Part shown: positions 37,287 through 46,664 of the stretch, in pieces
Numbering within the stretch: position 1 is the first letter of the stretch
How the letters are laid out: every line of letters begins with the position of its first letter
Assembly (NCBI GenBank): GCA_036008605.1
Contig: DASYNL010000045.1
Coordinates: forward strand, 67,855 to 131,854
Length of the DNA: 64,000 nt
Direction of reading: 5' to 3'
Source of the DNA: Solirubrobacteraceae bacterium
GTDB taxonomy: Bacteria; Actinomycetota; Thermoleophilia; Solirubrobacterales; Solirubrobacteraceae
Made by a program: the position numbers and the translations under genes
The notes under the pieces: model-generated
Seen by the model: only the letters and a program-made list of their open reading frames with translations
Database searches by the model: none
Told to the model about the DNA's origin: nothing

Positions 37287-38681
37287 ATGTCGTCGCTTGC
37301 GATCAGCTCCGCCGCCGGTTCGCCGATCTCAGTCTCAGGTCTCGCCTCGGGGCTTGACACGAGCTCGATCATCTCGGCGCTGATGGCCGTCGAACGTGAG
37401 CCGGTCACACGGCTCACCGATGCCCAGGAAAAGCTGCAAGGCCAGCAGAAAGAGCTGACAAGCGTTCAGAGCAGCCTCCAGCAACTGGCGCTTGCCGCCT
37501 CGGAATTCAGCATGCCCTCGCTGTTTGAAACCTCGCAGGCGGTCATCTCAAGCGAACCCACTCGAGTCAGCGCAGCCACCAGCGAGGGAGCCGCGATCGG
37601 CGGCTATGAGGTGGAAGTCACGCAGCTGGCCAACTCGGCCCAGCGCACGTTCACGTTCACGAGTCCCGCCGCCGAAGACACGCTCACGATCGACGGCAAC
37701 AGCTTCACGGTGAAGGCCGGCGAGAGCGCCAAGGAATTCGCGAACGCGATCAACTCCGACAGCAGCTCAACGGTATATGCCGCTGTGCTCGAAGGCAACA
37801 CCCTGGTGCTGTCCAACCGCGCGACGGGCAACACTGGCGCGGAATTCATCCAGGTGAGCGATCCTGGCGCGACGCTCGTCGAAAAGGCCGGCACCGCCAA
37901 GGAAGGCAAGAACGCCGAATACAAGGTCGACGGAGTCGCGGGGACCTCGACATCCAACACCGTCACCAACGCGATCGCCGGCGTAACCCTGACTTTGGGC
38001 GGACTTACCACCACCGGCCCCGTCACAATTGACGTGCAGGCTCCGGGTGCAAGCGTCAGCGCCGTGGAAGCGCAGGTGCAGTCGTTCGTCAAGCTCTACA
38101 ACTCGACGGTCGAAGCGATTCAGAAGCAGCTGACCACCAAGCCGATCGCCAAGCCGACCAGCGCCAGCGAATTCGGCACGGGCACCCTGTTTGGGGACTT
38201 CGAACTGGAGAGCCTGCTCGGGAATATGCGCCAGAGCATGTACGAACCGATCGCTGGGCTTGCCGCCGAAATGTCCAATCCCAGCGATATCGGGATCAGC
38301 ACGGGCGCGGCCTCGGCCGGCGGCGCCTCCCAGTCCTCGATCGAAGGGCTGCTGACGGTCAACTCCACCAAGCTCTCCGAAGCGATCAAGACGAATCCCG
38401 CGGGCGTGCAGCAGATGCTCGAGAAGTGGTCGCAGGGCTTGCAGAGCACGCTCGAAAACGTCGCTGGACCCGGGGGGACGCTCGAAGCGCGAGCCACAGG
38501 CGACACAACGCAGATCACCGAGTTGACCAGCCAGATCGACACGATGAACGAAATGCTTGCCGTGCGCGAAAAGGCGCTGCAGGCTACCTATGCCGAGCTC
38601 GAAAGCGCGATATCGCGGAACACTTCACAGGCCGACTGGCTGACCAGTCAAGAAGCCTCGCTAGTGGCCAGCAAGGCATGA
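37287..38681 (+). CDS. fliD: Flagellar filament cap protein
   Basis: SGLASGLDTSSIISALMAVER; YEVEVTQLANSAQ; FVKLYNS. Confidence 0.93.
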   Translation: MSSLAISSAAGSPISVSGLASGLDTSSIISALMAVEREPVTRLTDAQEKLQGQQKELTSVQSSLQQLALAASEFSMPSLFETSQAVISSEPTRVSAATSEGAAIGGYEVEVTQLANSAQRTFTFTSPAAEDTLTIDGNSFTVKAGESAKEFANAINSDSSSTVYAAVLEGNTLVLSNRATGNTGAEFIQVSDPGATLVEKAGTAKEGKNAEYKVDGVAGTSTSNTVTNAIAGVTLTLGGLTTTGPVTIDVQAPGASVSAVEAQVQSFVKLYNSTVEAIQKQLTTKPIAKPTSASEFGTGTLFGDFELESLLGNMRQSMYEPIAGLAAEMSNPSDIGISTGAASAGGASQSSIEGLLTVNSTKLSEAIKTNPAGVQQMLEKWSQGLQSTLENVAGPGGTLEARATGDTTQITELTSQIDTMNEMLAVREKALQATYAELESAISRNTSQADWLTSQEASLVASKA

Positions 38682-39061
38682 GCAACCTCACCGCAACGCC
38701 GAACGCCTACCGCCAGGGGGCGGTACTTGCCGCCACGCCGGGGGAGCTTGTCGTGATGCTCTACGACGGCGCACGGCGCTTCTTGCGCCAGGCAAGTGTC
38801 GCGATGCGCGAGGGGCAGGTCGAGCGCGCGCACAACACGCTGCGTCGGGCGGAGTTGATCATTGCCCACCTAGACGGCATCCTCGACTTCGAACAAGGCG
38901 AAGTCTCCGATCGCCTGCATGCGATCTACCAGTTCTGCTTGGCGCATCTCAACAGCGCGCGCCACGATCAGGATGCCGACAAGCTCGAAAAAGTCAGCGA
39001 GCTGTTGGGCGAGCTGCGCGAGGCGTGGGCACAAGTCGCCGAGGAGATCGCCCGCGCGTGA
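38678..39061 (+). CDS. fliS: Flagellin chaperone FliS
   Basis: AYRQGAVLAATPGELVVMLYDGA; LHAIYQF; ELREAWAQV. Confidence 0.93.
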   Translation: MSNLTATPNAYRQGAVLAATPGELVVMLYDGARRFLRQASVAMREGQVERAHNTLRRAELIIAHLDGILDFEQGEVSDRLHAIYQFCLAHLNSARHDQDADKLEKVSELLGELREAWAQVAEEIARA

Positions 39062-39096
39062 GCGAGATCTCGCTCATTCGCGATCCCGCTGATCGA

Positions 39097-39123
39097 CATG
39101 CCCCGCGCGCACGCGGGGGGCAC
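39097..39123. repeat. REP-like palindrome, copy 2
   Basis: catgccccgcgcgcacgcggggggcac. Confidence 0.6.
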
Positions 39124-39128
39124 ACCAA

Positions 39129-39482
39129 ATGAGAGACGACCCGCACACCGGCGACAGCCACACCTCTCTGCGCCCCTATGAGGCGATCCACGAGCACGCC
39201 GAGCTCGAACTGGAGCTGGTGGGACGCGGCGAAATAGAGTCTCTTGGCGAACTCGGCGAGCGTTGGGAGCAGCTGACACGCGACCTGCCTGCTCGCCCAC
39301 CCGCGGCGGCGGCGGCGTTGTTGCGCCAAGCCCGGCTGATCCACGAGCGCACACGCATCGAGCTGATTCGCCTACGCGAGTCGCTGTTGGCCGAGATCGG
39401 TACCAGCGCGCGTGCGCGGCGCGCGGCCGACGGCTATGGGGGACAGCTTGCGCGCCGTCCCCGCCTGGATCGCAGCGCCTGA
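39129..39482 (+). CDS. FliT-like protein
   Basis: Helical; follows fliS; C-terminal RRAADGY..LDRSA. Confidence 0.5.
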   Translation: MRDDPHTGDSHTSLRPYEAIHEHAELELELVGRGEIESLGELGERWEQLTRDLPARPPAAAAALLRQARLIHERTRIELIRLRESLLAEIGTSARARRAADGYGGQLARRPRLDRSA

Positions 39483-39531
39483 CCAGAATCGCCGCATTGG
39501 GTCCAGTGCATCCAGTCCGGCTAGAAAGATC

Positions 39532-39657
39532 TTTCAAAATGAGCTGCACGGCTAACACCCCCTTTGCGTGACAAGGAGGTTTTATTTAGGTACCTAACCT
39601 TTACCTGAGCCTCCGCATAAGGGGGGTGTTGGGTGGTTCATTGAAAATGAGCTGCAC
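39532..39657. promoter_or_regulatory. AT-rich structured element A upstream of flgB
   Basis: Palindrome TTAGGTACCTAA (39586-39597) inside IR aacaccccctttgcg/cgcataaggggggtgtt, flanked by direct repeat AAAATGAGCTGCAC; homologous to 51403-51519. Confidence 0.6.
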
Positions 39658-39730
39658 ATTCCCAGCTGCACAACCCCGGCGTTCACGGCACACGGACGCA
39701 CCGCCGCATGGCTCAGTTTGGAAGACCCTC

Positions 39731-39757
39731 TAAAGACCCAGGCAGGGCGGCCGATCA
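39731..39757 (+). promoter_or_regulatory. Sigma-28 promoter for the flgB operon
   Basis: TAAA-N15-GCCGATCA. Confidence 0.8.
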
Positions 39758-39770
39758 CCAGGGACGGTAT

Positions 39771-40124
39771 ATGGCTCCCATTGACTCGACCCAGCAACTG
39801 CTCGAGGCCGCGATGCGCGGCTCCTGGCAGCGCGAGACTGCCCTGACAAGCAATATTGCCAACGCCGATACACCCGGCTACAAACGCCAGGAAGTCAACT
39901 TCGAGTCCGAGCTGCAGAGCGCGATGAACAGCGGCGAACCGCTGGAACAAGTTGAGTTTCAGACCGAAGTGCAGCCCGAAGAGGACGGTCCAAACGGCAC
40001 CAGCGTCAGCGTCGATCAGGAATCGGCGAAGCTCGCCGAAAACGGGCTCGACTATCAGGCCCTCACACAGGTGCTCGGAGCCCGCAACAGCATCCTGAGC
40101 GCGGCGATCGGGGTCACCTCGTGA
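39771..40124 (+). CDS. flgB: Flagellar rod protein FlgB
   Basis: LTSNIANADTPGYKRQEVNFE; DGPNGTSVSVDQE. Confidence 0.9.
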   Translation: MAPIDSTQQLLEAAMRGSWQRETALTSNIANADTPGYKRQEVNFESELQSAMNSGEPLEQVEFQTEVQPEEDGPNGTSVSVDQESAKLAENGLDYQALTQVLGARNSILSAAIGVTS

Positions 40125-40125
40125 A

Positions 40126-40217
40126 CGCGGCCGACACGTCGCGTCATGGATGCCCCAGTCGATGTCCCCTCGTAGGCGCAGCCGACACGTCGCATTGTCG
40201 ATGCCCCAGTCGATGTC
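40126..40217. repeat. 51-bp tandem duplication between flgB and flgC
   Basis: cgc(g/a)gccgacacgtcgc..gatgccccagtcgatgtc at 40126 and 40177. Confidence 0.85.
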
Positions 40218-40248
40218 AGCCACCGAGCACGACCGACGTGGGGGCCTG

Positions 40249-40698
40249 ATGGGGCTCTTCGAAGCAATCGGCATCGCCGGCAGCGGACTGACCGCCGAGC
40301 GCGTGCGCATGGACGTGACCGCCGAGAACCTCGCCAACGCCGACACCACGAAGGCCGCGGGCGGACAGCCCTACCAGCGCCAGGAGGTCGAGCTCGCACA
40401 GGCCAGCGAAGGTGGCTTCGGCAGCGCGCTTTCTGGAGCTATCCAGCAAGCAGAAAGCTCGGCCCCGGCCGGCGGTGTCCAAGTAACGGGGATCGTCAGC
40501 GACGCCACTCCCGACCAGCAGGTCTACGACCCCGGCAACCCCGAAGCCGACGCCCAGGGCTACGTGAAGATGCCGAACATCAGCACCGTCACCGAAATGA
40601 CCGACCTGATCTCCGAGTCGCAGTCCTATCAGTCCGATGTGACTGCGATGCAGACCGCCAAGTCGATGTTCAGCGCGACGCTCGGGGTGCTCAAATGA
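40249..40698 (+). CDS. flgC: Flagellar rod protein FlgC
   Basis: SGLTAERVRMDVTAENLANADTT; YDPGNPEADAQGYVKMPN. Confidence 0.94.
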   Translation: MGLFEAIGIAGSGLTAERVRMDVTAENLANADTTKAAGGQPYQRQEVELAQASEGGFGSALSGAIQQAESSAPAGGVQVTGIVSDATPDQQVYDPGNPEADAQGYVKMPNISTVTEMTDLISESQSYQSDVTAMQTAKSMFSATLGVLK

Positions 40699-41198
40699 TC
40701 GTGCCCGCGGTCAGCGGACTGGCGAGCAAACTCTCCGAAGGCCTCTCCAACAGCGCCTCGCCGCAGACGGTCGGCGGCCTGACCCAGGGCGGCCAGAGCG
40801 CCCAGGCCGGCAGTTCCGGGCTGAAGCTGGAAGGCAGCAGCGGCCTCGGAGGCAGCAGCGGCCTCGGAGGGAGCAACGCCCTCGAAGGAGCACGCGGTGT
40901 CGAAGGCACTGGAGGTGTGGAAGGGACCAGCGGCATCGAAGGAGCCGGCAGCCTCGGCGGCGCGTCAGGCAGCGGGTCGGGCGGCTTTGGCAGCGAGCTC
41001 TCAGAAGCGATCTCCTCGCTCGAAGGCACCCAGCTGAGCTCCGACAGCGCAGCCCAGTCGCTTGCCACCGGCACCGCCAAGGATCCCGAGAGCGCGGTCG
41101 TGACCGTCGAGGATGCGCAGATGGCAATGGACCTGGCCTCGCAGCTGCGCACCAAGGCCGTCGAAGCGGCTCAGAACATCTTCCAGACACAGGTCTGA
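40695..41198 (+). CDS. fliE: Hook-basal body protein FliE with Gly/Ser-rich repeat insertion
   Basis: AQMAMDLASQLRTKAVEAAQNIFQTQV; repeated EG(S/T)(S/G)GLG units. Confidence 0.85.
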   Translation: MIVPAVSGLASKLSEGLSNSASPQTVGGLTQGGQSAQAGSSGLKLEGSSGLGGSSGLGGSNALEGARGVEGTGGVEGTSGIEGAGSLGGASGSGSGGFGSELSEAISSLEGTQLSSDSAAQSLATGTAKDPESAVVTVEDAQMAMDLASQLRTKAVEAAQNIFQTQV

Positions 41199-41258
41199 TC
41201 GGTGGCGCTCGCACCACCGCTTTCACAGCTCATGACCTTCGGATCGCGGGCCTAGGCT

Positions 41259-42800
41259 GTGCCCCTCTCCCAGCTCGCCTCGCGGCTCACTACTCGCGGA
41301 TGGCTGATCGTCGGCGGGGCCACGGTCGGCGCGATCCTGTTCATCTACCTGTTCCTGCACATGGTCTCGGCGCCGAGCTACACGACGCTCGTCAGTGGTG
41401 TTAATCCCTCCGAAACCGGCAAGATGACGAGCACGCTCAGCGAGCACGGCGTCAATTACGAGCTACAGAACAACGGCACAGCGCTTGCCGTCCAGTCCAA
41501 CCAGACCGCCGAAGCGCGCGTGGCCCTCGCCGGCGCGGACCTACTCGGCAACACCCAGCCAGACTTCAAGCTGTTTGAAAAACAGAATCTCGGCGAAAGC
41601 ACCTTCCAGCAAGGAGTTACCTACCAGCGCGCGCTGCAGGGACAGCTGGCGGAGACGATCGACTCGATACAAGGTGTCTCCGGAGCGCAGGTCGAGCTGG
41701 TGTTGCCCAGCTCTCAGAACCAGATCTTTGGCGAAAACCAAGGGGTCTCGTCAGCCGCCGTGCTGCTATCCGGCACCACCTCGATGCCACAGAGCTCGGT
41801 GCAGGGGATCGCCCAACTGGTCGCCTCCAGCGTGCCTGGCCTGCAGTTGAGCAAGGTCACGATCACCGACGCCTCGGGACAGCTTCTGTGGCCACAGGCC
41901 GCCGGCGGCGGCGACGGCAACGGCGTGCAGGAAACCGAGCAGCGCTATGACCAGAGCATGGGGGCAAGCATCGACGCGATGCTTGCGCAAACGCTTGGTC
42001 CCGGTAAGGCGCAGGTGTTGGTGTACGCCAATATGAACGTAAACCAGAGCACCCAGGAACAGCTCAGCTACGGCAAGGCCGGTGTGCCCCTGCAGCAGAG
42101 CAAGGACATCGAGACGCTCACCGGCAACGGCTCTGGTGCCGCTGGCGCCACCGGCACCGCGAATCTTCCGACCGGCACCAGCACAGGTGGGAAGTCCAAC
42201 TACAAGCACGAAACGACGAGCAGCACTCTGGGCGTCAGCAAGACCGTGACCCACACCACTACCGCTCCAGGGACGGTCGAAAGTCAGCATGTCTCGGTGC
42301 TGCTCGACCATTCCGTTCCCGCCGCCTCGCTGCCGGCGATCCGCGAAGCGATCACCAACGCCGCCGGCATCCAGACCAAGCGCGGCGACACGATCTCGAT
42401 CGGGCAGATCCCATTCGCGAGCCCGACCACAAGTACCGCAAGCTCCACTAGCAGCATGCTCGGCTACGCCAAGTACGCGCTGCTCGGCATCGCTTCGCTG
42501 CTCTTCCTGTTCTTCACCACGCGCTCTCTGCGCCGCCGCGAATCGGACACGATCGACGATCCAGTCTGGCTACGCGAGCTGGAGACGCCGATGCGCCTCT
42601 CCGAGCTGCAGCGCGAAAGTGCGCCAAGACCGGTACCGGCGATGGCCGGCGTGGCGCCTCCCAACGGCAACGGAAATGGCAATGGGAACGGGAACGGGCA
42701 CGCCGGCGGCGACCAACTCCGCCGCCAGGTCGAGCAGCTCGCCGACAGCGATCCCGATCGCGTCGCCCAGCAGCTTCGTAACTGGATGCAAGAGGACTAG
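41259..42800 (+). CDS. fliF: MS-ring protein FliF
   Basis: VTYQRALQGQLAETIDSIQGV; SAAVLL; two TM segments. Confidence 0.93.
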   Translation: MPLSQLASRLTTRGWLIVGGATVGAILFIYLFLHMVSAPSYTTLVSGVNPSETGKMTSTLSEHGVNYELQNNGTALAVQSNQTAEARVALAGADLLGNTQPDFKLFEKQNLGESTFQQGVTYQRALQGQLAETIDSIQGVSGAQVELVLPSSQNQIFGENQGVSSAAVLLSGTTSMPQSSVQGIAQLVASSVPGLQLSKVTITDASGQLLWPQAAGGGDGNGVQETEQRYDQSMGASIDAMLAQTLGPGKAQVLVYANMNVNQSTQEQLSYGKAGVPLQQSKDIETLTGNGSGAAGATGTANLPTGTSTGGKSNYKHETTSSTLGVSKTVTHTTTAPGTVESQHVSVLLDHSVPAASLPAIREAITNAAGIQTKRGDTISIGQIPFASPTTSTASSTSSMLGYAKYALLGIASLLFLFFTTRSLRRRESDTIDDPVWLRELETPMRLSELQRESAPRPVPAMAGVAPPNGNGNGNGNGNGHAGGDQLRRQVEQLADSDPDRVAQQLRNWMQED

Positions 42801-42805
42801 CGCGA

Positions 42806-43909
42806 ATGGCCGACTCACCTTCAGAGACGGCGCCGAAACTGCCGGGCACTCTGGCAGAGCGCTCAGCGGGCAGCCCATCCGCACCCTTGCCGGCCGCCCC
42901 AAGCGAGCGCTTGCCAGGAGCGCGCAGGGCGGCCGTGCTGATGGCGGCGCTCGGACCCGAGCGCGCAGCGAACGTGATGCAGCGCATGGACGAGGAGGCG
43001 ATCGAGAGCCTCTCGATGGAGATGGCGCGACTCTCCTCTGTCGGCGCTGAGACAACCGAGTCGGTCTTCGGAGAACTGGCTGCCGAGGCCGGCGAGGGCC
43101 AGGGGGCTGTCAGCGGCGGGTTGGACTTTGCGCGCGGCGTGATTGAGCGCGCTCTCGACCCCGAGCGCGCCACCGATCTGCTCGGGCGCCTGGAGAGCGC
43201 CAGCGAAACACGACCGTTTGAGTTTCTGCGCCGTGTGCCGCCCGAGCGGATCGCTGCGCTGCTGCGTGGCGAGTCGCCTCAGACCGTTGCGCTCGTACTC
43301 GCCAGCCTGCACACGAATCTGGCCGCCGGCGTGCTCGCCCGGCTGCCCGAGTCAGAGCAACCCGACATCGCGTTGCGGATCGCGCGGATGGGCAACGCCG
43401 GCACGCGCGTCATCCAGCAGGTCGAGCAGATGATTCGCCACAAGCTCGGGGCGACGGTCGAGCGCAAGTATTCCGCCAGCGGCGGGGCGAAGACGCTCGC
43501 GGGAATCCTCAACCATGCCGACCGCACCACTGAGCGCAACGTGCTCGAGCGCCTCGCCGGAGCCGACAAGGCGCTTGCGGAGGAGGTGCGCGGAATGCTG
43601 TTCGTGTTCGAGGATATCGTCAAGCTCGACGAGCGCGCGATCCAGCAAGTGCTGCGCGAGGTCGACCAGAAGGACCTTGTGCTGGCACTGCGCGGCGCAC
43701 CAGAGAACGTGATGGAAGTCGTGCTCACAAACATGTCAGAGCGCGGCGCGGCGATGCTCAAGGAGGAGATGGAGATCCAGCCACCCCAGCGCCAGCGCGA
43801 CGTCGACGAGGCGCAGAGCCGCGTGGTCGCGGTCGTGCGCAAGCTGGACGAGGCTGGCACGATCGTGATCGCCGGGGGCGACGAGGAGCAGGGCGAAGCG
43901 GTTGTCTGA
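42806..43909 (+). CDS. fliG: Motor switch protein FliG
   Basis: PFEFLRR, ESPQTVALVL, GGAKTLAGILN, MLFVFEDI, NMSERGAAML. Confidence 0.95.
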   Translation: MADSPSETAPKLPGTLAERSAGSPSAPLPAAPSERLPGARRAAVLMAALGPERAANVMQRMDEEAIESLSMEMARLSSVGAETTESVFGELAAEAGEGQGAVSGGLDFARGVIERALDPERATDLLGRLESASETRPFEFLRRVPPERIAALLRGESPQTVALVLASLHTNLAAGVLARLPESEQPDIALRIARMGNAGTRVIQQVEQMIRHKLGATVERKYSASGGAKTLAGILNHADRTTERNVLERLAGADKALAEEVRGMLFVFEDIVKLDERAIQQVLREVDQKDLVLALRGAPENVMEVVLTNMSERGAAMLKEEMEIQPPQRQRDVDEAQSRVVAVVRKLDEAGTIVIAGGDEEQGEAVV

Positions 43910-44525
43910 CACCACCGTCAGCTACGCCTTCGAGCAACTCGAGCCATCCGAGCCCAAGCCGCGCGACGCGCCGGCTCGCATGCTCGCGCAAGCCCAGCTC
44001 GAAGCCGAGCAGATCCGCGAGCAGGCACGCGCCGAAGGCTATGCCGAGGGGCGCAGTGCCGGCCACGAATATGGAGCCGCCGAGATGGATCTCGCGACGC
44101 GAGCGCTCGACGAGGCCATGCAAGACATCGAGTCGCTGCGCGTCGAGTTGGTGGCAGCGATCGAAAACGACGCCATCCAGCTTGGGTTGCAGCTGGCCGA
44201 GAAGATCCTTGGCGGCACGCGGCAGTTGCCCAGCGAGCGCATACTCGAAACCGTGCAGGGGGGGCTGCGACGTGTCACCGACCGACGCAAGATCGCCGTG
44301 CTCGTCAATCCCGCTGAGCTCGAAGCTGTCAGCTCGGCCATCGCGGAGCTGACCACCGGCAGAAGTGGCGTCGAGCTGTGCGACATCCAGCCCGACGAGC
44401 GCGTCGAGCCCGGCGGGGCGATCGTGCGCACCGCCGAGGGCGAGGTGGACGCCAGCGTAGAGACACAGCTGGAGCGGGCGCGCGAGGTCGTCGAAGCCTC
44501 GCTGGCGGCCGAGCGCGCGGCGTGA
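43902..44525 (+). CDS. fliH: Flagellar export regulator FliH
   Basis: ARAEGYAEGRSAG; VEPGGAIVRTAEGEVDAS. Confidence 0.88.
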   Translation: MSDTTVSYAFEQLEPSEPKPRDAPARMLAQAQLEAEQIREQARAEGYAEGRSAGHEYGAAEMDLATRALDEAMQDIESLRVELVAAIENDAIQLGLQLAEKILGGTRQLPSERILETVQGGLRRVTDRRKIAVLVNPAELEAVSSAIAELTTGRSGVELCDIQPDERVEPGGAIVRTAEGEVDASVETQLERAREVVEASLAAERAA

Positions 44526-46024
44526 GCGAGTCTTCCGATTTGGACGTTCCCCCGCGCGCGCGGGGGGCATCGCCTTTTCAGAGCACACCACCCGGCGCGC
44601 TGCTGGCAAGCGCCACACAAGCCGTGCGCGAGGCCGACCTTGCGCGGCGCCACGGTTTTGTAAGCAACCTGATCGGCCTGATCATCGAGGTGACAGGACT
44701 TCAGGCGGAGATCGGAGAGGTGTGTCTCATCGATAGCCGGATTCCTGCCGAGGTGGTCGGGTTCCGCGACGGGCGCACCCTGCTGATGCCTTTGGGCGAG
44801 CTGCACGGGATCGGCCCTGGCACACGCGTGCTCGCAACCGGCGCCCCCTTTCGTGTCGCCGTCGGTCCCGGCCTGCTCGGACGCGTCCTCGACGGACTGG
44901 GAGTGCCGTTGGATGAGCTTCCAGCACCGTCGGGAGTCGAGCGCTCCACGATCGCCCCGCCGCCAAGCGCGCTCTCCAGACCCCGCATCACCGAGCGCGT
45001 CGGGCTGGGCGTGCGCGCGCTCGACTCGCTCGTGCCCTGCGGGCGCGGGCAGCGACTCGGCATCTTCGCCGGCTCCGGCGTCGGCAAGTCCTCGCTGATG
45101 GGCATGATCGCCCGCTCGACAAGCGCTCAAGTGAACGTGATCGCGCTCGTCGGCGAGCGTGGACGCGAGGTACGCGAGTTCATCGAGCGCGACCTCGCAG
45201 GCGCGCTCGAGCGCTCTGTCGTCGTCGTGGCCACCTCCGACCAACCTGCGCTTGTGCGCATCAAGGCCGCTTTCACCGCGACGACGATCGCCGAGCACTT
45301 CCGCGACCAGGGCCACGACGTGCTCTTGATGATGGACTCGGTCACGCGCTTTGCGATGGCCCAGCGCGAGGTGGGCCTCGCGATCGGCGAGCCGCCCGCC
45401 ACACGCGGCTACACACCGAGCGTGTTCGCTCTGCTTCCGCGTCTGCTGGAGCGCGCCGGCACGAGTACAAGCGGTTCGATTACCGGGCTGTACACGGTGC
45501 TGGTCGACGGCGACGACATGAACGAGCCGATCGCCGACGCGACGCGCGCGATCCTCGACGGGCACGTCGTGCTCACCCGCTCGCTCGCCCACGCCGGTCA
45601 CTACCCCGCGATCGACGTCTTGCAAAGTGTCTCGCGCTTGGTCGGCGAGATCGTCTCCCCCGAGGTGGCGAGCGCCGCACAGCGATTGCGCGCCGCGCTG
45701 GCCGTGCTGCACGAGAAGGAAGACCTCGTCGCGATCGGGGCCTACCAGCCGGGCAGCGATCCTTTGCTCGACATGGCGCTTGCGCATCGTGCCTCGATCG
45801 AGGACTTCTTGCGCCAGAGCGTGGACGAGCGCAGCACGCCCGAGCAAGCCGACGCACAACTGCTCGAACTGGCCGCCTCGCTTGCGGGTGAGGCCGTATT
45901 CAGCCCCGGGGACACTCCCGATGGCGAGGAAGTAACCGCCGAGCGAATCGATCCAAGCGCCGCGCCGGCGGTGAATGCCGTGGCCGAGGTACCGGCCATA
46001 CCGGCGCTTGGGTTGAGCATCTAA
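44522..46024 (+). CDS. fliI: Flagellar export ATPase FliI
   Basis: GIFAGSGVGKS, GERGREVREF, DSVTRFAMAQRE, GEPPATRGY, HYPAIDVLQSVSR. Confidence 0.96.
   Translation: MSESSDLDVPPRARGASPFQSTPPGALLASATQAVREADLARRHGFVSNLIGLIIEVTGLQAEIGEVCLIDSRIPAEVVGFRDGRTLLMPLGELHGIGPGTRVLATGAPFRVAVGPGLLGRVLDGLGVPLDELPAPSGVERSTIAPPPSALSRPRITERVGLGVRALDSLVPCGRGQRLGIFAGSGVGKSSLMGMIARSTSAQVNVIALVGERGREVREFIERDLAGALERSVVVVATSDQPALVRIKAAFTATTIAEHFRDQGHDVLLMMDSVTRFAMAQREVGLAIGEPPATRGYTPSVFALLPRLLERAGTSTSGSITGLYTVLVDGDDMNEPIADATRAILDGHVVLTRSLAHAGHYPAIDVLQSVSRLVGEIVSPEVASAAQRLRAALAVLHEKEDLVAIGAYQPGSDPLLDMALAHRASIEDFLRQSVDERSTPEQADAQLLELAASLAGEAVFSPGDTPDGEEVTAERIDPSAAPAVNAVAEVPAIPALGLSI
44549..44572. repeat. REP-like palindrome, copy 3 (inside the fliI N-terminus)
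   Basis: cccccgcgcgcgcggggggcatcg. Confidence 0.65.
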
Positions 46025-46030
46025 AATCGA

Positions 46031-46058
46031 CGATGCCCCCCGCGCGCGCGGGGGGCAT
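46031..46058. repeat. REP-like palindrome, copy 4 (just after fliI)
   Basis: cgatgcccccgcgcgcgcgggggggcat. Confidence 0.7.
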
Positions 46059-46171
46059 GCCCAAATCCGCATACCATGCACCGTGCCTGCCTGCGCCCTT
46101 CAGGGTGTCCCCCGCGCTGGGGGATCGCCCCCGGCGAAAGCCGACATCGCAGCTGTCGCGCAGGCTAGACC

Positions 46172-46198
46172 TAAAGAAAGGCGCGCCGCGTCCGATAA
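46172..46198 (+). promoter_or_regulatory. Sigma-28 promoter for fliJ
   Basis: TAAA-N15-TCCGATAA. Confidence 0.75.
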
Positions 46199-46205
46199 CC
46201 GGACC

Positions 46206-46664
46206 GTGAATGGACCCGTTTTCCGCTTTCGGCTCGAGCGCGTGCGCGCACTGCGCGAGCGCAAAGAGCAGCAGGCCCAGCAGGAGCTGGCACAGGCGAT
46301 CGCGTCGCGTACGAGCACTGCGGCCGAGCTACGCGCCGCCGAAGCTCATCTAGAGCAGGCGCACTCAGACCACCGGGCCGAAGCTGTCGAGGTCCAAACG
46401 CTCAATGCGGATGAACTGGTCGCGCGCCAAGCCTTCCTCGAGCGCATCGAGGCACAGCGCGGAGCGTACGCCCAAGAGCTCCAGCAGCGCGAGGCCGTCG
46501 TAGCCGAGCACGACGCCAAGCTCACTGCCGCGGCCAGCGACCACGAGATGCTCAAGCGCCTTTCCGAGCGCCGCCGCGGCGAGCACGAGCGTGCCGCCAC
46601 TAGCCGCGAACAGGGGGAGCTAGACGAGATGACCGTGGCGCGCTTCGGCCGAGGCGAGACATGA
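46206..46664 (+). CDS. fliJ: Flagellar export protein FliJ
   Basis: FRFRLERVRALRERKEQQAQQEL; coiled coil; EQGELDE. Confidence 0.88.
   Translation: MNGPVFRFRLERVRALRERKEQQAQQELAQAIASRTSTAAELRAAEAHLEQAHSDHRAEAVEVQTLNADELVARQAFLERIEAQRGAYAQELQQREAVVAEHDAKLTAAASDHEMLKRLSERRRGEHERAATSREQGELDEMTVARFGRGET

Noticed and set aside
39483-39770. c-di-GMP riboswitch in flagellar leaders
   Set aside because: No recognisable c-di-GMP-I or -II core found by eye in this or other leaders; an Rfam scan would settle it.
44039-46081. 680-aa minus-strand ORF and other long shadow ORFs (e.g. 59768-60382, 12311-13192, 32103-33530, the 1789-2415 extension)
   Set aside because: Antisense or off-frame to well-supported genes in high-GC DNA where stops are rare; no motifs.
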